NCBI RefSeq assembly: GCF_964355755.1
Contig: NC_092672.1
Span: 20,287,237-20,351,236 of the forward strand
Length of the DNA stretch: 64,000 nt
Reading direction: 5' to 3'
Source: Antedon mediterranea
Taxonomy: Eukaryota > Animalia > Echinodermata
Shown here piece by piece: positions 1 to 13,260 of this stretch; position 1 is the stretch's first letter; each line of letters opens with the position of its first letter. The position numbers and the translations under genes are program-made. The notes below the pieces were generated by a model. That model saw nothing but the letters and a program-made list of their open reading frames with translations. It made no database searches and had not been told where the DNA came from.

Positions 1-208
1 TGTATATAACATATATACAGTTTATTCTGTAAAATACTGTAAAATATGGTGTATGCTACATAATAGGTACAATTCAGCACTGTAAACATTTTTATTTCAT
101 GTCAAAGGATGGCATAATAATTGTCGAGGTTCATATAGTTTAAAGTACGTGCATGTTGCGTATGCGCGGATAACCCGAACTCGTCAAAGTGACGAGTTCA
201 AGTCTAGT
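1..208 (+). mobile_element. 3' end of a B-type HINE (truncated by window start)
   Basis: Matches about 1596-1802; ends GCGGATAACCCGAACTCGTCAAAGTGACGAGTTCAAGTCTAGT. Confidence 0.85.
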
Positions 209-1802
209 TGGTTATCCGCAACTTTAAGTTGCGGATAACCCTTGTGATTGTAAATATCTTTTTCTTCATCATCTTCTTTGTTATTCTTCTTTCTTTCCCG
301 GATTTTTGTGACCAGCATATATCTATTGCTTGTGAACATAACTTTGTATAACTTTGTCAAAAGATTGACCTGTAGCTGTAGATGTGCAAGAAACTTCGTT
401 ATATGACGTTAGAGTCGCGCAGCGTGAGTTACGCGCGATTTTATGAATTTAAATGGTTGATTATAGATTATAAACCAAAAGTCATTATATATTGACACTT
501 TGTGAAAATTTAAGTTAAATTAAGGGCAAACTTTCTATGGATTAAAAATGACATGTTTCACAAGAAGTTACGCGCGCACGCGCATTTAAAATTTAAAAAT
601 GCGCAAAATTAATTTCTAATCAACTTTCTACGCTGATCATGACATTTTGAGCATGTCAAAAATTCCCACGCGCGCGAAAAAAATTACGCGTAAGGTGCGC
701 ACGGAGCACGAAAATCATGTGTTTTTCTCTTGAATTATGATTTGACAGTCTTTCCTAGTTATTTTAAAAAAGATTGACATCATTTCAAATTAAAATGACG
801 TCATACGAACACGTTGATTTACACCATTTGCGCGCGTTTTAGTTGCAAAAGTGACAACATAATGTCAAAATTAAGCTTATTTTTAATCTATTATAGCTCC
901 TCAGGATCAACCGTTACCCCCAATTTTTTTAATTTAATATGTAAGCAGATATGTTGTAGATATGAATTCATGCAGAATCTTTACCACTCGGATGTTATGA
1001 CGTCATCGTATGGCCACACGAATGTAAAATATTGGATTTTTGACTGTTTCGCTATTGCTCATCACATTCAACAAAGCGCATCTCGCTTATACGTATTCCA
1101 TTTCCCCCGAAATTGTAATATTGTCTACGTCAATCAACTATCTTTCGCATGAATTAAAAATTTTTTAATTTTTATGACGTCATCATGTCTAAAAACGTAA
1201 ATAACTTGGGTCACTTATTTTCATCTTTACAGTAAATTTCAATCTGTTATAGCTCGTCAGATTAAAAAGTGATAATCATGATTAAAACGTTTTCTGGAAG
1301 CTATTGGATTTTAGATACGAATTGATGTGAATATTTTGCCAATCAGATGTTGTGACGTCATCATATGGCCAGTTGAATTCAAAAAGTCATATTTTCATCT
1401 CTTGCGTCAAAGTTCATTGCGTTTAAACGAGAGCGCATCTCACTTTTACGTTCCCAAAATTCTTCAAATTTGTTTTAATGTAATTATTTAGATAATTATC
1501 TTCTAAAATGGTTATCTTTATATGTCAATTTGATGATGTCATTGTGTTAATAATTGGATTTAAAAGATGGGTCTCGTAATTTCGTCTATGCTACACTGTA
1601 TATAACATATATACACTTTATTCTGTAAAATACTGTAATATGGTGTATGCTACATAATAGGTACAATTCAGCACTGTAAACATATTTATTTCATGTCAAA
1701 GGATGGCATAATAATTGTCGAGGTTCATATAGTTTAAAGTATGTGCATGTTGCGTATGCGCGGATAACCCGAACTCGTCAAAGTGACGAGTTCAAATCTA
1801 GT
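209..1802 (+). mobile_element. Complete non-autonomous Helentron (HINE), long B type
   Basis: Head hairpin GGTTATCCGCAAC-TTTAA-GTTGCGGATAACC, two internal subrepeats of about 355 bp, B tail. Confidence 0.9.
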
Positions 1803-1836
1803 TTTTGTCAGGATCTTTTTTTTTTTTTTTTTTTTT

Positions 1837-4800
1837 GGGGTTATCCGCAACTTTAAGTTGCGGATAACCCTTGTGATTGTAAATATCTTTTTCTTCATCA
1901 TCTTCTTTGTTATTAGTTATCCGCTTAGTAGCGGATAACTGCTTGTAATCGTCCTGTTACTTTTTTTTTTTTTTTTCTTATTTCTTTCTCCCTCATTTTT
2001 GTGTCTCGCGTATCTCAAAAACTTGTAAACATAACATTTCATTACTTTGTCAACATATGGGCATTTACGTGAAGTTGTGCACCTCTTATTTTTGAATGAC
2101 GTCAGAGTTGCGCAACGTGACTTACGTGCGATTTTATGATTTTTTATGATTGATCATAGACTAAAAACCAAGCATAAATTTGTTTTGACACTTTGTGAAA
2201 ATTTAAGTCATATCAAGGGAAAACTTTTTGTGGATTAAAAATGGCATGTTTTACAAGACGTTACGCGCGCACGCGCATTTCTCCTCTATTTTTGTGTCTC
2301 GCGTATCTAAAAAACGTGTAAACATAACATTTCATAACTTTGTCAACATATGGGCATTCACGTGAAGTTGTGCACCTCCTATTGTGAATGACGTCAGAAA
2401 TGCGCAACGTGACTTACGCACAATTTTATGAATTTCGCGTATTTAACATAGATTTAAAACCATATAACAATTTAAATTGAAACTTAGCAAAAGTTTAATT
2501 TATATCATGCGCTAACTTTCTGTGGATAAAAAATTGCGTGTTTTACACAAAGTTACGCGCGCACGCTAATTTAAAATTCAAAATGCGAAAAATCAATTTC
2601 TAATCAACTTTCTACGTGTTTCATATCATTTTAAGCATGTAAAAAATTCCCACGCGCGCGCTTTTTTTTACGCGCGCGGTGCGAACGTAGCGTTGAAAAC
2701 CATTTTTCTCTCGTGATTTATGTTTTCAAGCCTTTTATAGTAATTTTACCAACTTTGAAACAATTTCGACTTCAAATTACGTCATACGGGCACGTCGAAT
2801 TGGATAATTTATGTGCGTTTTTGAGGAAAAAGTTCAAACATTTGTCAAAATTATACCTTTTTTTAAACAATCATAGATTCTAAACTACGAGGTGAACTTT
2901 GTTTAAATTACATATCCAGGAAGATAATAAGTTGTAGATAAGGAATCATGCATTGATATGGCAAACCGGACATTGTGACATCATTGTATGGCCACGCGAA
3001 TATAAAATATAGGATTTTTGTATCTTTCGTCATAGCGCATCTCATTTAATAGAGCGCCTCTCCACTTATCCGTATTCCATTTTAACCCAGATTTTGAAAT
3101 TTTCTAGGTCAATCAACTATCTTACGCAAGAGTAAACATTTTTATATTTTTTGACGTCATAATGTCTAAAAATATAAATAACGTGGGTCACTTATATTTA
3201 TCTTTACAGTAAATTTTAATCTGTTATAGCTCATCAGAATAAAATGTGATAATCACGATTAAAACGTTTTCTGGAAGCTATTGGATTGTAGATACGAATT
3301 CATGTAAACATTTTGCCAATCGGATGTTGGGACGTCATCATATGGCCAGTTGAATAAAAAAAGACGTATTTTCATATTTTGCGTAATAGTTCATCACATT
3401 TAAAAGGGCGCGCATCTATATTTTACGTATTCAAATTTCTTCTACACGTTAATATGTTGTTCCTGAAATAATTTCCTTCTGAAATTGCTATCTAAGTGTT
3501 TCATTTTGATACCGTCGCCATGTTAAAAATTGGAATAAATGGCGGGTCCCGTAATTTCACCTATTCTACACTGTAATATGTATACAGATTATACTGTTTG
3601 CATGTATATACTATATGACACAAAATTGACAGAATTCAGCACTAACAGCATATCATAATATTCTTCAGTTCAGGTCATAATGCCTTAATATTTTTCTGTG
3701 TGCAATATTCTAACGTATGACGTGCGCGTGGCGTTTGTCGAGCGGATAACTAACTCGTCAAAGTGACGAGTTTCATGTCTAGTTCTTCTTTCTTTCCCGG
3801 ATTTTTGTGACCAGCATATCTCTATTGCTTGTGAACATAACTTTGTATAACTTTGTCAAAAGATTGACCTGTAGCTGTAGATGTGCAAGAAACTTCGTTA
3901 TATGACGTTAGAGTCGCGCAGCGTGAGTTACGCGCGATTTTATGAATTTAAATGGTTGATCATAGATTATAAACCAAAAGTCATTATATATTGACACTTT
4001 GTGAAAATTTAAGTTAAATTAAGGGCAAACTTTCTATGGATTAAAAATGACATGTTTCACAAGAAGTTACGCGCGCACGCGCATTTAAAATTTAAAAATG
4101 CGCAAAATTAATTTCTAATCAACTTTCTACGCTGATCATGACATTTTGAGCATGTCAAAAATTCCCATGCGCGCGAAAAAAATTACGCGTAAGGTGCGCA
4201 CGGAGCACAAAAATCATGTGTTTTTCTCTTGAATTATGATTTGACAGTCTTTCCTAGTTATTTTAAAAAAGATTGACATCATTTCAAATTAAAATGACGT
4301 CATACGAACACGTTGATTTACACCATTTGCGCGCGTTTTAGTTGCAAAAGTGACAACATAATGTCAAAATTAAGCCTATTTTTAATCTATTATAGCTCCT
4401 CAGGATCAACCGTTACCCCCAATTTTTTTAATTTAATATGTAAGCAGATATGTTGTAGATATGAATTCATGCAGAATCTTTACCACTCGGATGTTATGAC
4501 GTCATCGTATGGCCACACGAATGTAAAATATTGGATTTTTTACTGTTTCGCTATTGCTCATCACATTCAACAAAGCGCATCTCGCTTATACGTATTCCAT
4601 TTCCCCCGAAATTGTAATATTGTCTACGTCAATCAACTATCTTTCGCATGAATTAAAAATATTTTAATTTTTATGACGTCATCATGTCTAAAAACGTAAA
4701 TAACTTGGGTCACTTATTTTCATCTTTACAGTAAATTTCAATCTGTTATAGCTCGTCAGATTAAAAAGTGATAATCATGATTAAAACGTTTTCTGGAAGC

Positions 4801-5301
4801 TATTGGATTGTAGATACGAATTGATGTGAATATTTTGCCAATCAGATGTTGTGACGTCATCATATGGCCAGTTGAATTCAAAAAGTCATATTTTCATCTC
4901 TTGCGTCAAAGTTCATTGCGTTTAAACGAGAGCGCATCTCACTTTTACGTTCCCAAAATTCTTCAAATTTGTTTTAATGTAATTATTTAGATAATTATCT
5001 TCTAAAATGGTTATCTTTATATGTCAATTTGATGATGTCATCGTGTTAATAATTGGATTTAAAAGATGGGTCTCGTAATTTCGTCTATGCTACACTGTAT
5101 ATAACATATATACAGTTTATTCTGTAAAATACTGTAATATGGTGTATGCTACATAATAGGTACAATTCAGCACTGTAAACATATTTATTTCATGTCAAAG
5201 GATGGCATAATAATTGTCGAGGTTCAGATAGTTTAAAGTATGTGCATGTTGCGTATGCGCGGATAACCCGAACTCGTCAAAGTGACGAGTTCAAATCTAG
5301 T
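1837..5301 (+). mobile_element. Long B-type HINE split by a nested insertion (1837-1913 plus 3784-5301)
   Basis: Joining 1913 to 3784 restores CTTTGTTAT|TCTTCTTTC as in unit 209-1802, to which it is nearly identical. Confidence 0.9.
1914..3783 (+). mobile_element. C-type HINE nested at GTTAT^T, with an internal 5' duplication
   Basis: Head TAGTTATCCGCT-TAGT-AGCGGATAACT; tail AGCGGATAACTAACTCGTCAAAGTGACGAGTTTCATGTCTAGT; no TSD. Confidence 0.9.
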
Positions 5302-5411
5302 TGGTTATCCGCACTTGGCGGATAACCTCTTGTTATTGTCAGGATCTTTTTTTGGTTATCCGCACTTGGCGGATAACCCCTTGTTATTGTCAGGATCTTT
5401 TTTTTTTTTTT
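5302..5411 (+). repeat. Two stacked A-type heads (50-60 bp each) whose bodies are displaced downstream by nested insertions
   Basis: TGGTTATCCGCACTTGGCGGATAACC(T/C)CTTGTTATTGTCAGGATC(T)n at 5302 and 5353, followed by a third head at 5412. Confidence 0.85.
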
Positions 5412-6633
5412 TGGTTATCCGCACTTGGCGGATAACCCCTTGTTATTGTCAGGATCTTTTTTTTTTTTTTTATTTTTCTCTTTTTTTTTCTATTTTCTTC
5501 TTTCTTTCCACGATTTTTGTTCGCAGCATATCTCTATCTTCTGGCTAACATAAGATTGTGTAACTTTGTCATAAGATTGCCCTGTAGCTGTAGATGTGCA
5601 TGAAACTTTTTTTTATGAATTTTGAGTCGCGCAGCCTAAGTTACGCGCGATTTTATGAATTTAAATGATTGATCATAGATTAAAAACCGAAAGTTATTTT
5701 GTATTGAAACTTTGTGAAAAATTAAGTCATATCAAGCGCAAACTTTCTATGGATTAAAAATTGCATGTTTCAAAGAAAGTTACGCGCGTACGCGCATTTA
5801 AAATTTCAAAATGCAAAAAATCAACTTCTAATCAATTTTCTACGCGTTTCATATCATTTTGAGCATTTCAAAAATTCCCAGGCTTGCGCAATTTTTTTAC
5901 GCGCGCCTGCGCACGTAGCGCAAAAACATCTTTTTTTTGCTAGATTTTTGTTTTTTCTGTCTTTTATAATATATTTACCAATTTTCAATCAATTTTGCCT
6001 TAAAATCTCGTCATACGAGCACGTAGAATTAAACAATTTGCGCGCAATTTTGATGAAAAAGTCCAAAAATTTGTCAAAATTATGCCTTTTTTTAAACAGT
6101 CATAGATTCTAAACTACGTGGTAAACTTTTTTATAATTACATATTCTGGTAGTAGATGAGTTGTAGATATCGAATCATGTATCAATATGGCTATCAGGAC
6201 ATTGTGACGTCATCGTATGGCCACTCGAATATAAAATATAGGATTTTTTTCTCTTTCGTATAGCTCATCACATTTAATAGAGCGCATCTCCACTTATCCG
6301 TATTCCATTGCCCTCCATTTCTTTATATTGTCTATGTCAATCAATTATCTTTCGCATGATTCACCATTTTAAAAATTGTTATGACGTCATCATGTGCAAA
6401 AGCGTCAATAACTTTGGTCACTTATTTTCACCTATTCTGAACTGTATGTAGTACGTATACGGTATATAGTGTATACCGTATACACTTTGACGTGACACAA
6501 AATAGAGAGCGCACTCACATTTTTTCAATGGCATAATCGTTTTTCTGCGCGCAATATTCCAACGTATGACGTGCACGTGGCTATAGGACTGCGGATAACC
6601 TAACTCGTCCGTAGTGACGAGTTCAAATCTAGT
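5412..6633 (+). mobile_element. Complete A-type HINE
   Basis: A head, single subrepeat, A tail (CCGTAG loop) ending TCTAGT. Confidence 0.88.
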
Positions 6634-9082
6634 TGGTTATCCGCTCGCTCTTGGCGGATAACCTCTTGTTATTGTCAGGATCTTTTTTTTTTTTTTTTTT
6701 TTTTTTGGTTATCCGCAACTAGTAAGTTGCGGATAACCCTTGTTATTGTCACGTTTCTTTTTCTTCATCTTTATTCTTCTTTCTTTCCCGGATTTTTGTT
6801 GCAGCTATATCTCAAATGTTTGTAGACATAACTTTGTATAACTTTGTCATAAGATTGACCTGTAGCTGTAGATGTGCAGGAAACTTTGTTATATGACGTT
6901 AGAGTCGCGTAGCGTAAGTAACGCGCGATTTTACGAATTTCAATGATTGGTCATAGATTATAAACCAAAAGTCATTTTGTATTGACACTTGGTGAAAATT
7001 TAAGTCATATCAAGGCAAACTTTCTATGGATTAAAAATGGCATGTTTCACAAGAAGTTACGCGCGCACGCGCATTTAAAATTTCAAAATGCGCAAAATTA
7101 ATTTTTAATCAACTTTCTACGCTGATCATGACATTTTGAGCATGTCAAAAATTCCCGCGCGCGCGAACAAATTTACGCGTATGGTGCGCACGGAGCATGA
7201 AAATCATGTTTTTTTCTCTTGAATTATGATTTTCCAACCTTTCCTAGTCATTTTAAAAAAGATTGACATCATTTGAAATTAAAATGACGTCATACGAACA
7301 CGTTGATTTATACCATTTGCGCGCGTTTTAGTTGAAAAAGTTATAAATATTGTCAAAATAATGCCAATTTTGAATCTATTATAGCTCCTCAGGATCATCC
7401 ACGACCCCCAATTTTTTAAATTTTATATGTAAGTAGATATGTTGTAGATATGAATTCATGCAGAATCTTGACCCCTAGGATGTTATAACGTCATCGTATG
7501 GCCACACGAATGTAAAATATAGGGTTTTTTACTCTTTCGTTATTGCTCATCACATTAAATAGAGCGCATCTCACTTTTACGTGCCCAAAATCCTTCAAAT
7601 TTGTTTTAATGTAATTATTTAGATAATTATCTTCCAAAATTGTTATCTTTATGTCAATTTGATGACGTCATCGTGTTAATAATTGGATTTAAAAGATGGG
7701 TCTCGTAATTTTGTCTATGCTACACTGTATATAACATATACAGTTTATTCTGTAAAATACTGTAGTATGATATATGCTACATAATAGGTACAATTCAGCA
7801 CTGTAAACATATTTATTTCATGTCATAGGATGGCATAATAATTGTCGAGGTTCATATGGTAAAGTATGTGCATGTTGCATTTGCGCGGATAACCCGAACT
7901 CGTCAAAGTGACGAGTTCAAATCTAGTTTTTCTATGTTATTCTTCTTTCTTTCCCAAAATTTTGTGTCACGTGTATCTCAAATTGTGATCAACATTACAT
8001 CGTATAACTTTGTCAGAAGATTTACCTCTATGTGTAGAAGTGCAGGACCGCTCGTTTTTTTACTTTAGAGTCGCGCAGCGTAAGCTACGCGCGATTTTAT
8101 GAATTTCGCGTATTTAACATAGACTAAAAAGCAAAAGTCATTTTGTAATGACACTTGGTGAACATTTAAGTCATATCAAGGGAAAACTTTCTATGGATTA
8201 AAAATGGCATGTTTGACATAAAGTTACGCGCGCACGCGCGTTTAAAATTTCAAATTGCGAAAAATTCATTTCTAATCAACTTTCTACGCGTTTCAGGTCA
8301 TTTTGAGCATTTCAAAAATTCCCACGCGTGCGCATATTTTTTACGCGCGCGTGCGCACGTAGCGCAAAAACATCTTTTTTTTCCTTGATTTTTGTTTTTT
8401 CAGCCTTTTCTAGTACATTTACCAATTTTCAATCAATTTCGACTTAAAATCACGTCATACGAGCACGTAGAATTGAACAATTTGCGCGCGTTTTTGATGA
8501 AAAAGTTCAAAAATTTGTGAAAATTATGCCTTTTTTTAAAAAGTCATAGATTCTAAACTCCGAGGTGAAAATATTTAAAATTTCAGATTCTGGAAGTAGA
8601 TGAGTTTTTTTTCTCGAATCATGCATTGATATGGCTAACCAGACATTGTGACGTCATCGTATGGCCACCCGAATATAAAATATAGGATTTTTTTCTCTTT
8701 CGTCATAGCTCGTCAATTAAATAGAGCGCATCTCTACTTATCCTTCTTCCATTTCACTCAATTTTTTTATATTGTCTAGATCAATCAATTACCTTTCGCA
8801 TGATCTACCATTTTAAAAATTGTGATGACGTCATCATGTTCAAATGCGTCAATAACTTTGGTCACTTATTTTCACCTATTCTGCACTGTATGTAGTACGT
8901 ATACAGTATATAGTGTTATACCGTATATACTTAGACGCGACGCAATATAGAGAGCGCACTAACATTTTTCAATGCCATAATCGTTTTATTTTTTTGCGCG
9001 CACTATTCTAACGTATGACGTGCACGTGGCTTTTGCACTGCGGATAACCTAACTCGTCCGTAGTGACGAGTTCAAATCTAGT
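6634..9082 (+). mobile_element. A-type HINE (head 6634-6705, body 7928-9082) split by a nested short B HINE
   Basis: Head with loop TCGCTCTTG then poly-T; body resumes TTTTCTATGTTATTC, as in the contiguous head-body junction at 62267-62355. Confidence 0.85.
6706..7927 (+). mobile_element. Short B-type HINE inserted in the poly-T of an A head
   Basis: Head loop TAGTAA, B tail; near-identical to 53985-55210. Confidence 0.88.
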
Positions 9083-10297
9083 TGGTTATCCGCACTTGGC
9101 GGATAACCTCTTGTTATTGTAAGGATCTTTTTTTTTTTTTTTTTTTTTTTCTTTATTCTTCTTTCTTTCCACGAATTTTGTACGCAGCGTATCTCTAATT
9201 CTGGCCAACATATGATTTTATAACTTTGGCAAAAGATTGCCCTGTTGCTGTAGATGTGCAAGAAACTTTTTTTAATGATTTTTGAGTCGCGCAGCGTAAG
9301 TTATGAGCGATTTTATGAATTTAAATGATTGATCATAGATTAAAAACCAAAAGACATTTTGTATTTAAACTTGGTGAAAATTTAAGTCATATCAAGTGAA
9401 AACTTTCTATGGATTAAAAATGGCAGATTGCACAAAAAATTACGCGCGCACGCACGTTTAAAATTTCAAAATGCAAAAAATCAACTTCTAATCAACTTTC
9501 TACGCGTTTCATGTCATTTTGAGCATTTCAAAAATTGCCACGTGAGCGCACTTTTTTTACGCGCGCGTGCGCACGTAGCGCAAAAACAATTTTTTTTTGC
9601 TTGATTTTTGTTTTTCCAGTCTTTTCTTGTAAATTTACCAATTTTCAATCAATTTCGACTTAAAATCACGTCATACGAGCACGTAGAATTGAACAATTTG
9701 CGCGCGTTTTTGAAGAAAAAGTTGAAAAATTTGTCAAAATTATGCCTTTTTAAAAACAGTCATAGATTGTAAACTACGAGGTGAACTTCCTTTAAATTAC
9801 ACATTCTGGAAGGTGATGAGTTGTAGATATGGAATCATGCATCAATATGGCTAACAGGACATAGTGACGTCATCGTATGGCCACTCAAATATAAAATATA
9901 GGATTTTTGTCTCTTTCGTCATAGCTCATCACATTTAAAAGAGCGCATTTCCACTTATCCAAATTTCATTTCCCCCCATTTTTTTATATTGTCTATGCCA
10001 ATCAATTATCTTTCGCATGATATACCGTTTTTAAAATTGTTATGACGTCATCATGTTCAAAAGCGTCAATAACTTTGGTCACTTATTTTCACCTATTCTG
10101 CACTGTATGTAGTACGTATACAGTATATAGTGTATACCGTATATACTCAGACGTGACGCAAAATAGAGGGCTCACTAACATTTTTTTCAATGGCATAATC
10201 GTTTTTCTGCGCGCAATATTCTAACTTAGGTGTCATGCGCGTGGCTTTTGCGCCGCGGATAACCTAACTCGTCCGTAGTGACGAGTTCAAATCTAGT
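9083..10297 (+). mobile_element. Complete A-type HINE
   Basis: A head at 9083, A tail ending at 10297. Confidence 0.88.
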
Positions 10298-13260
10298 TGG
10301 TTATCCGCACTTGGCGGATAACCCCTTGTTATTGTCAGGATCTTTTTTTTCTTTTTCTTCTATTTTCTTCTTTCTTTCCACGATTTTTGTTCGCAGCGTA
10401 TCTCTAATTCTGGCCAACATATGATTGTATAACTTTGTCAAAAGATTGCCCTGTAGCTGTAGATGTGCAAGAAACTTTTTTTTTCGAATTTCGTGTCGCG
10501 CAGCGTAAGTTACGTGCGATTTTATGAATTTCAATGATTGATCATAGAATAAAAACTAAAAGTTATTTTGTATTGACACTTGGTAAAAATTTAAGTCATA
10601 TTATGCGCAAACTTTCTATGGATTAAAAATGGCATGTTTCACAAAAAGTTACGCGCGCACGCGCGTTTACAATTTCAAAATGCGAAAAATCAATTTCTAA
10701 TCAACTTTCTACGCGTTTCATGTCATTTTGAGCATTTCAAAAATTCCCACGCGTGCGCATTTTTTTTACGCGCGCGTGCGCACGTAGCGCAAAAACATCT
10801 TTTTTTTGCTTGATTTTTGCTTATTCAGCCTTTTCTAGTAAATTTACCAATTTTCAATCAATTTCGACTTAAAATCACGTCATACGAGCACGTAAAATTG
10901 AACAATTTGCGCGCGTTTTTTATGAAAAAGTTAAAAAAATCGTCAAAATCATGCCTTTTTTAAAACAGTCATAGATTGTAAACTACGTGGTGAACTTTTT
11001 TAAAATTACATATTCTGAAAGTTGATGAGTTGTAGATATTGAGTCATGCATCGTTATGGCTAACCGGACATTGTGACGTTATCGTATGGCCACTTGAATA
11101 TAAAATATAGGATTTTTTCCTCTTTCATCATAGCTCGTCAAATTTAATAGAGCACTCTCAATCTCTACTTATCCGTATTCCATTTCCCTCAATTTTTTTA
11201 TATTGTCTAATTCAATCAATTATCTTTCGCATGATTCACCATTTTAAACATTTTTTTGACGTCATCATGTGCAAAAGCGTCAATAACTTTGGTCACTTAC
11301 TTTTACCTATACACCTACTGCACTGTATGTAGTACGTATACAGTATAATTATAGTTTATACTGTATATACTTAGACGTGACGCAAAATTAAGAGCACACT
11401 GAAATTGTTTCAATGGCATAATGAGATGAGATGTAGATGAGTTGTAGATATCGAATCATGCATCGATGGCTAACCGGACATTGTGACGTCATCGTATGAC
11501 CACTCGAATATGAAATATAGGATTTTTGTCTATTTTTTCATAGGTCATCATATATAATAGAGGGCATCTCCACTTATTCTTAATCCATTTCCCCCCATTT
11601 TATTATATTGTCTAAGTTAATCAATTATCTTTCGTATGGTTTACCATTAATGAAATTGTTATGACGTCATCATGTTCAAAAGTGTGAAAAACTTTGGTCA
11701 CTTATTTTCATCAAATTTTTAATTTCCATTAAAATTAAATATTTGATAGCTACTCAGAATGAAAAGTGAGACCCGTGATTAAAACGTTTTTTGGAAGCTG
11801 TTGAATAGTAGATACGAATTCATGTGCTCATTTTGCGCATCGGCTGTTGTGACGTCATCATATGGCCAGTTTATAAGTCGTTTTTTCATATATTGCGTCA
11901 TAGTTCATGACTTTTAAAAGAGCGTGCATCCATATTCTACGTATCCAAATTTGTTCAACACGTTGATATGTTGTTGCTCAGATAATTCCCTTTAAAAAAT
12001 TGCTTTATATGTGTTTCATTTTGATGATGTCATCATGTCAACAATTTGAATAAAAAGCGGGTTCCGTTATTTTCACATATTCTGCCCTGTATGTAGTATG
12101 TATACAGTATATTATAGTGTATACTGTATATACTTAGACAAAAAATAGAGGGCACACTAACATTTTATTTTCTTCAGGTTAAAATGGCATAATCGTTAAT
12201 CGCAATTCTATTCTAACATAACCGTCCATAGTGACGAGTTAAAATCTAATTTTTTTCCTATATTATCCTTCTTTCTTTCAACCAATTTTGTTCGCAACGT
12301 ATCTTTAATTGTGGTCAACATAAGATTGTATAAATTTGTAATGGACATGCCTTTATTTTTCTTTTTGATGACATCAAACAATATTGTTTCCGTAATTTCA
12401 TTTCTGCTATACACCATAATATACTTCAGTACAACCAGTTACAGAATGTTTGAATAATAATAACAATTTCTTGTCTCCTCTGTTCTGTGTTTTTGATCCA
12501 ATGGAATCTCAGTTACAGTGAAACTTGCTCCAATAGATATAATAGTTCTCGTAAAACTAATATCATCACACCATAGTGTTAAAATAATCTTTTATTTCAA
12601 ACAAATTGAAGAAAACCCACAATAAGTATAAAATGTATGTATTTATAAAAGCTTTCATTGGTTATTGCAAATTGTACCAAATTGTCAGCATATAGTAGGC
12701 TGTTTATACTATATACAGTAGTTTATTTCGTGATCAGTAATTTTACTTAGTACATTATAGGCCTATGCATGTTAATTTGTCAGTTGTGGATTCATTAAAC
12801 TTTTATTTATTGATCTATTTATAGAAGATTCTTATTTTTTTTAACAATTATTAATATAATTAATAATTTAATCATTTGCCGCGTTTAGACAATAACTATG
12901 ATAGAGCGAATGACTGCATTACTGACTGCCTAAAAATCCGGATCCTATTATTATAATTGAACAGATGAAACCATTCTATTGAACACCTAAAAAGCAAAAC
13001 AAAATAAATTGATTATTCTTGCAAATGAGCAAATTTATTTAATTTATTTCTTTTATTCTATTCAGTTGACAACCAACAGCGATAAAACCGCCACTAACAG
13101 GTTGAATCTAAATTAATGTATTATTATTGGTAATCGTATAAAATAAAACTTATTTTCTTCTTCTGTAAAATGTAACTTTTTATTAAATATTGAAAGATTA
13201 TTATGTGCACAGATTGCAACATTGCATATTCAAATTCAGAACAATATTTATAATAATATA

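Noticed and set aside
814-1152. Recurrent small ORFs in HINEs (814, 4313, 5765, 10042, 35299, 36445, 39062, 55886 and others)
   Set aside because: They recur only because the repeat recurs; many use non-ATG starts, stops vary between copies and no domains are recognisable.
5282-5470. CRISPR-like array of short palindromic repeats
   Set aside because: The intervening sequences are identical plus poly-T rather than unique spacers, there are no cas genes, and the context is eukaryotic; stacked transposon heads explain it.
9083-9150. Rho-independent terminators or SINE poly-A tails (hairpin plus T run)
   Set aside because: Non-bacterial context; the T runs are internal to DNA-transposon heads, with no TSDs or Pol III boxes seen.
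209-10297. Simple tandem satellite or rolling-circle concatemer
   Set aside because: Adjacent units belong to different subfamilies and interrupt one another at defined sites; nesting explains the pattern better.
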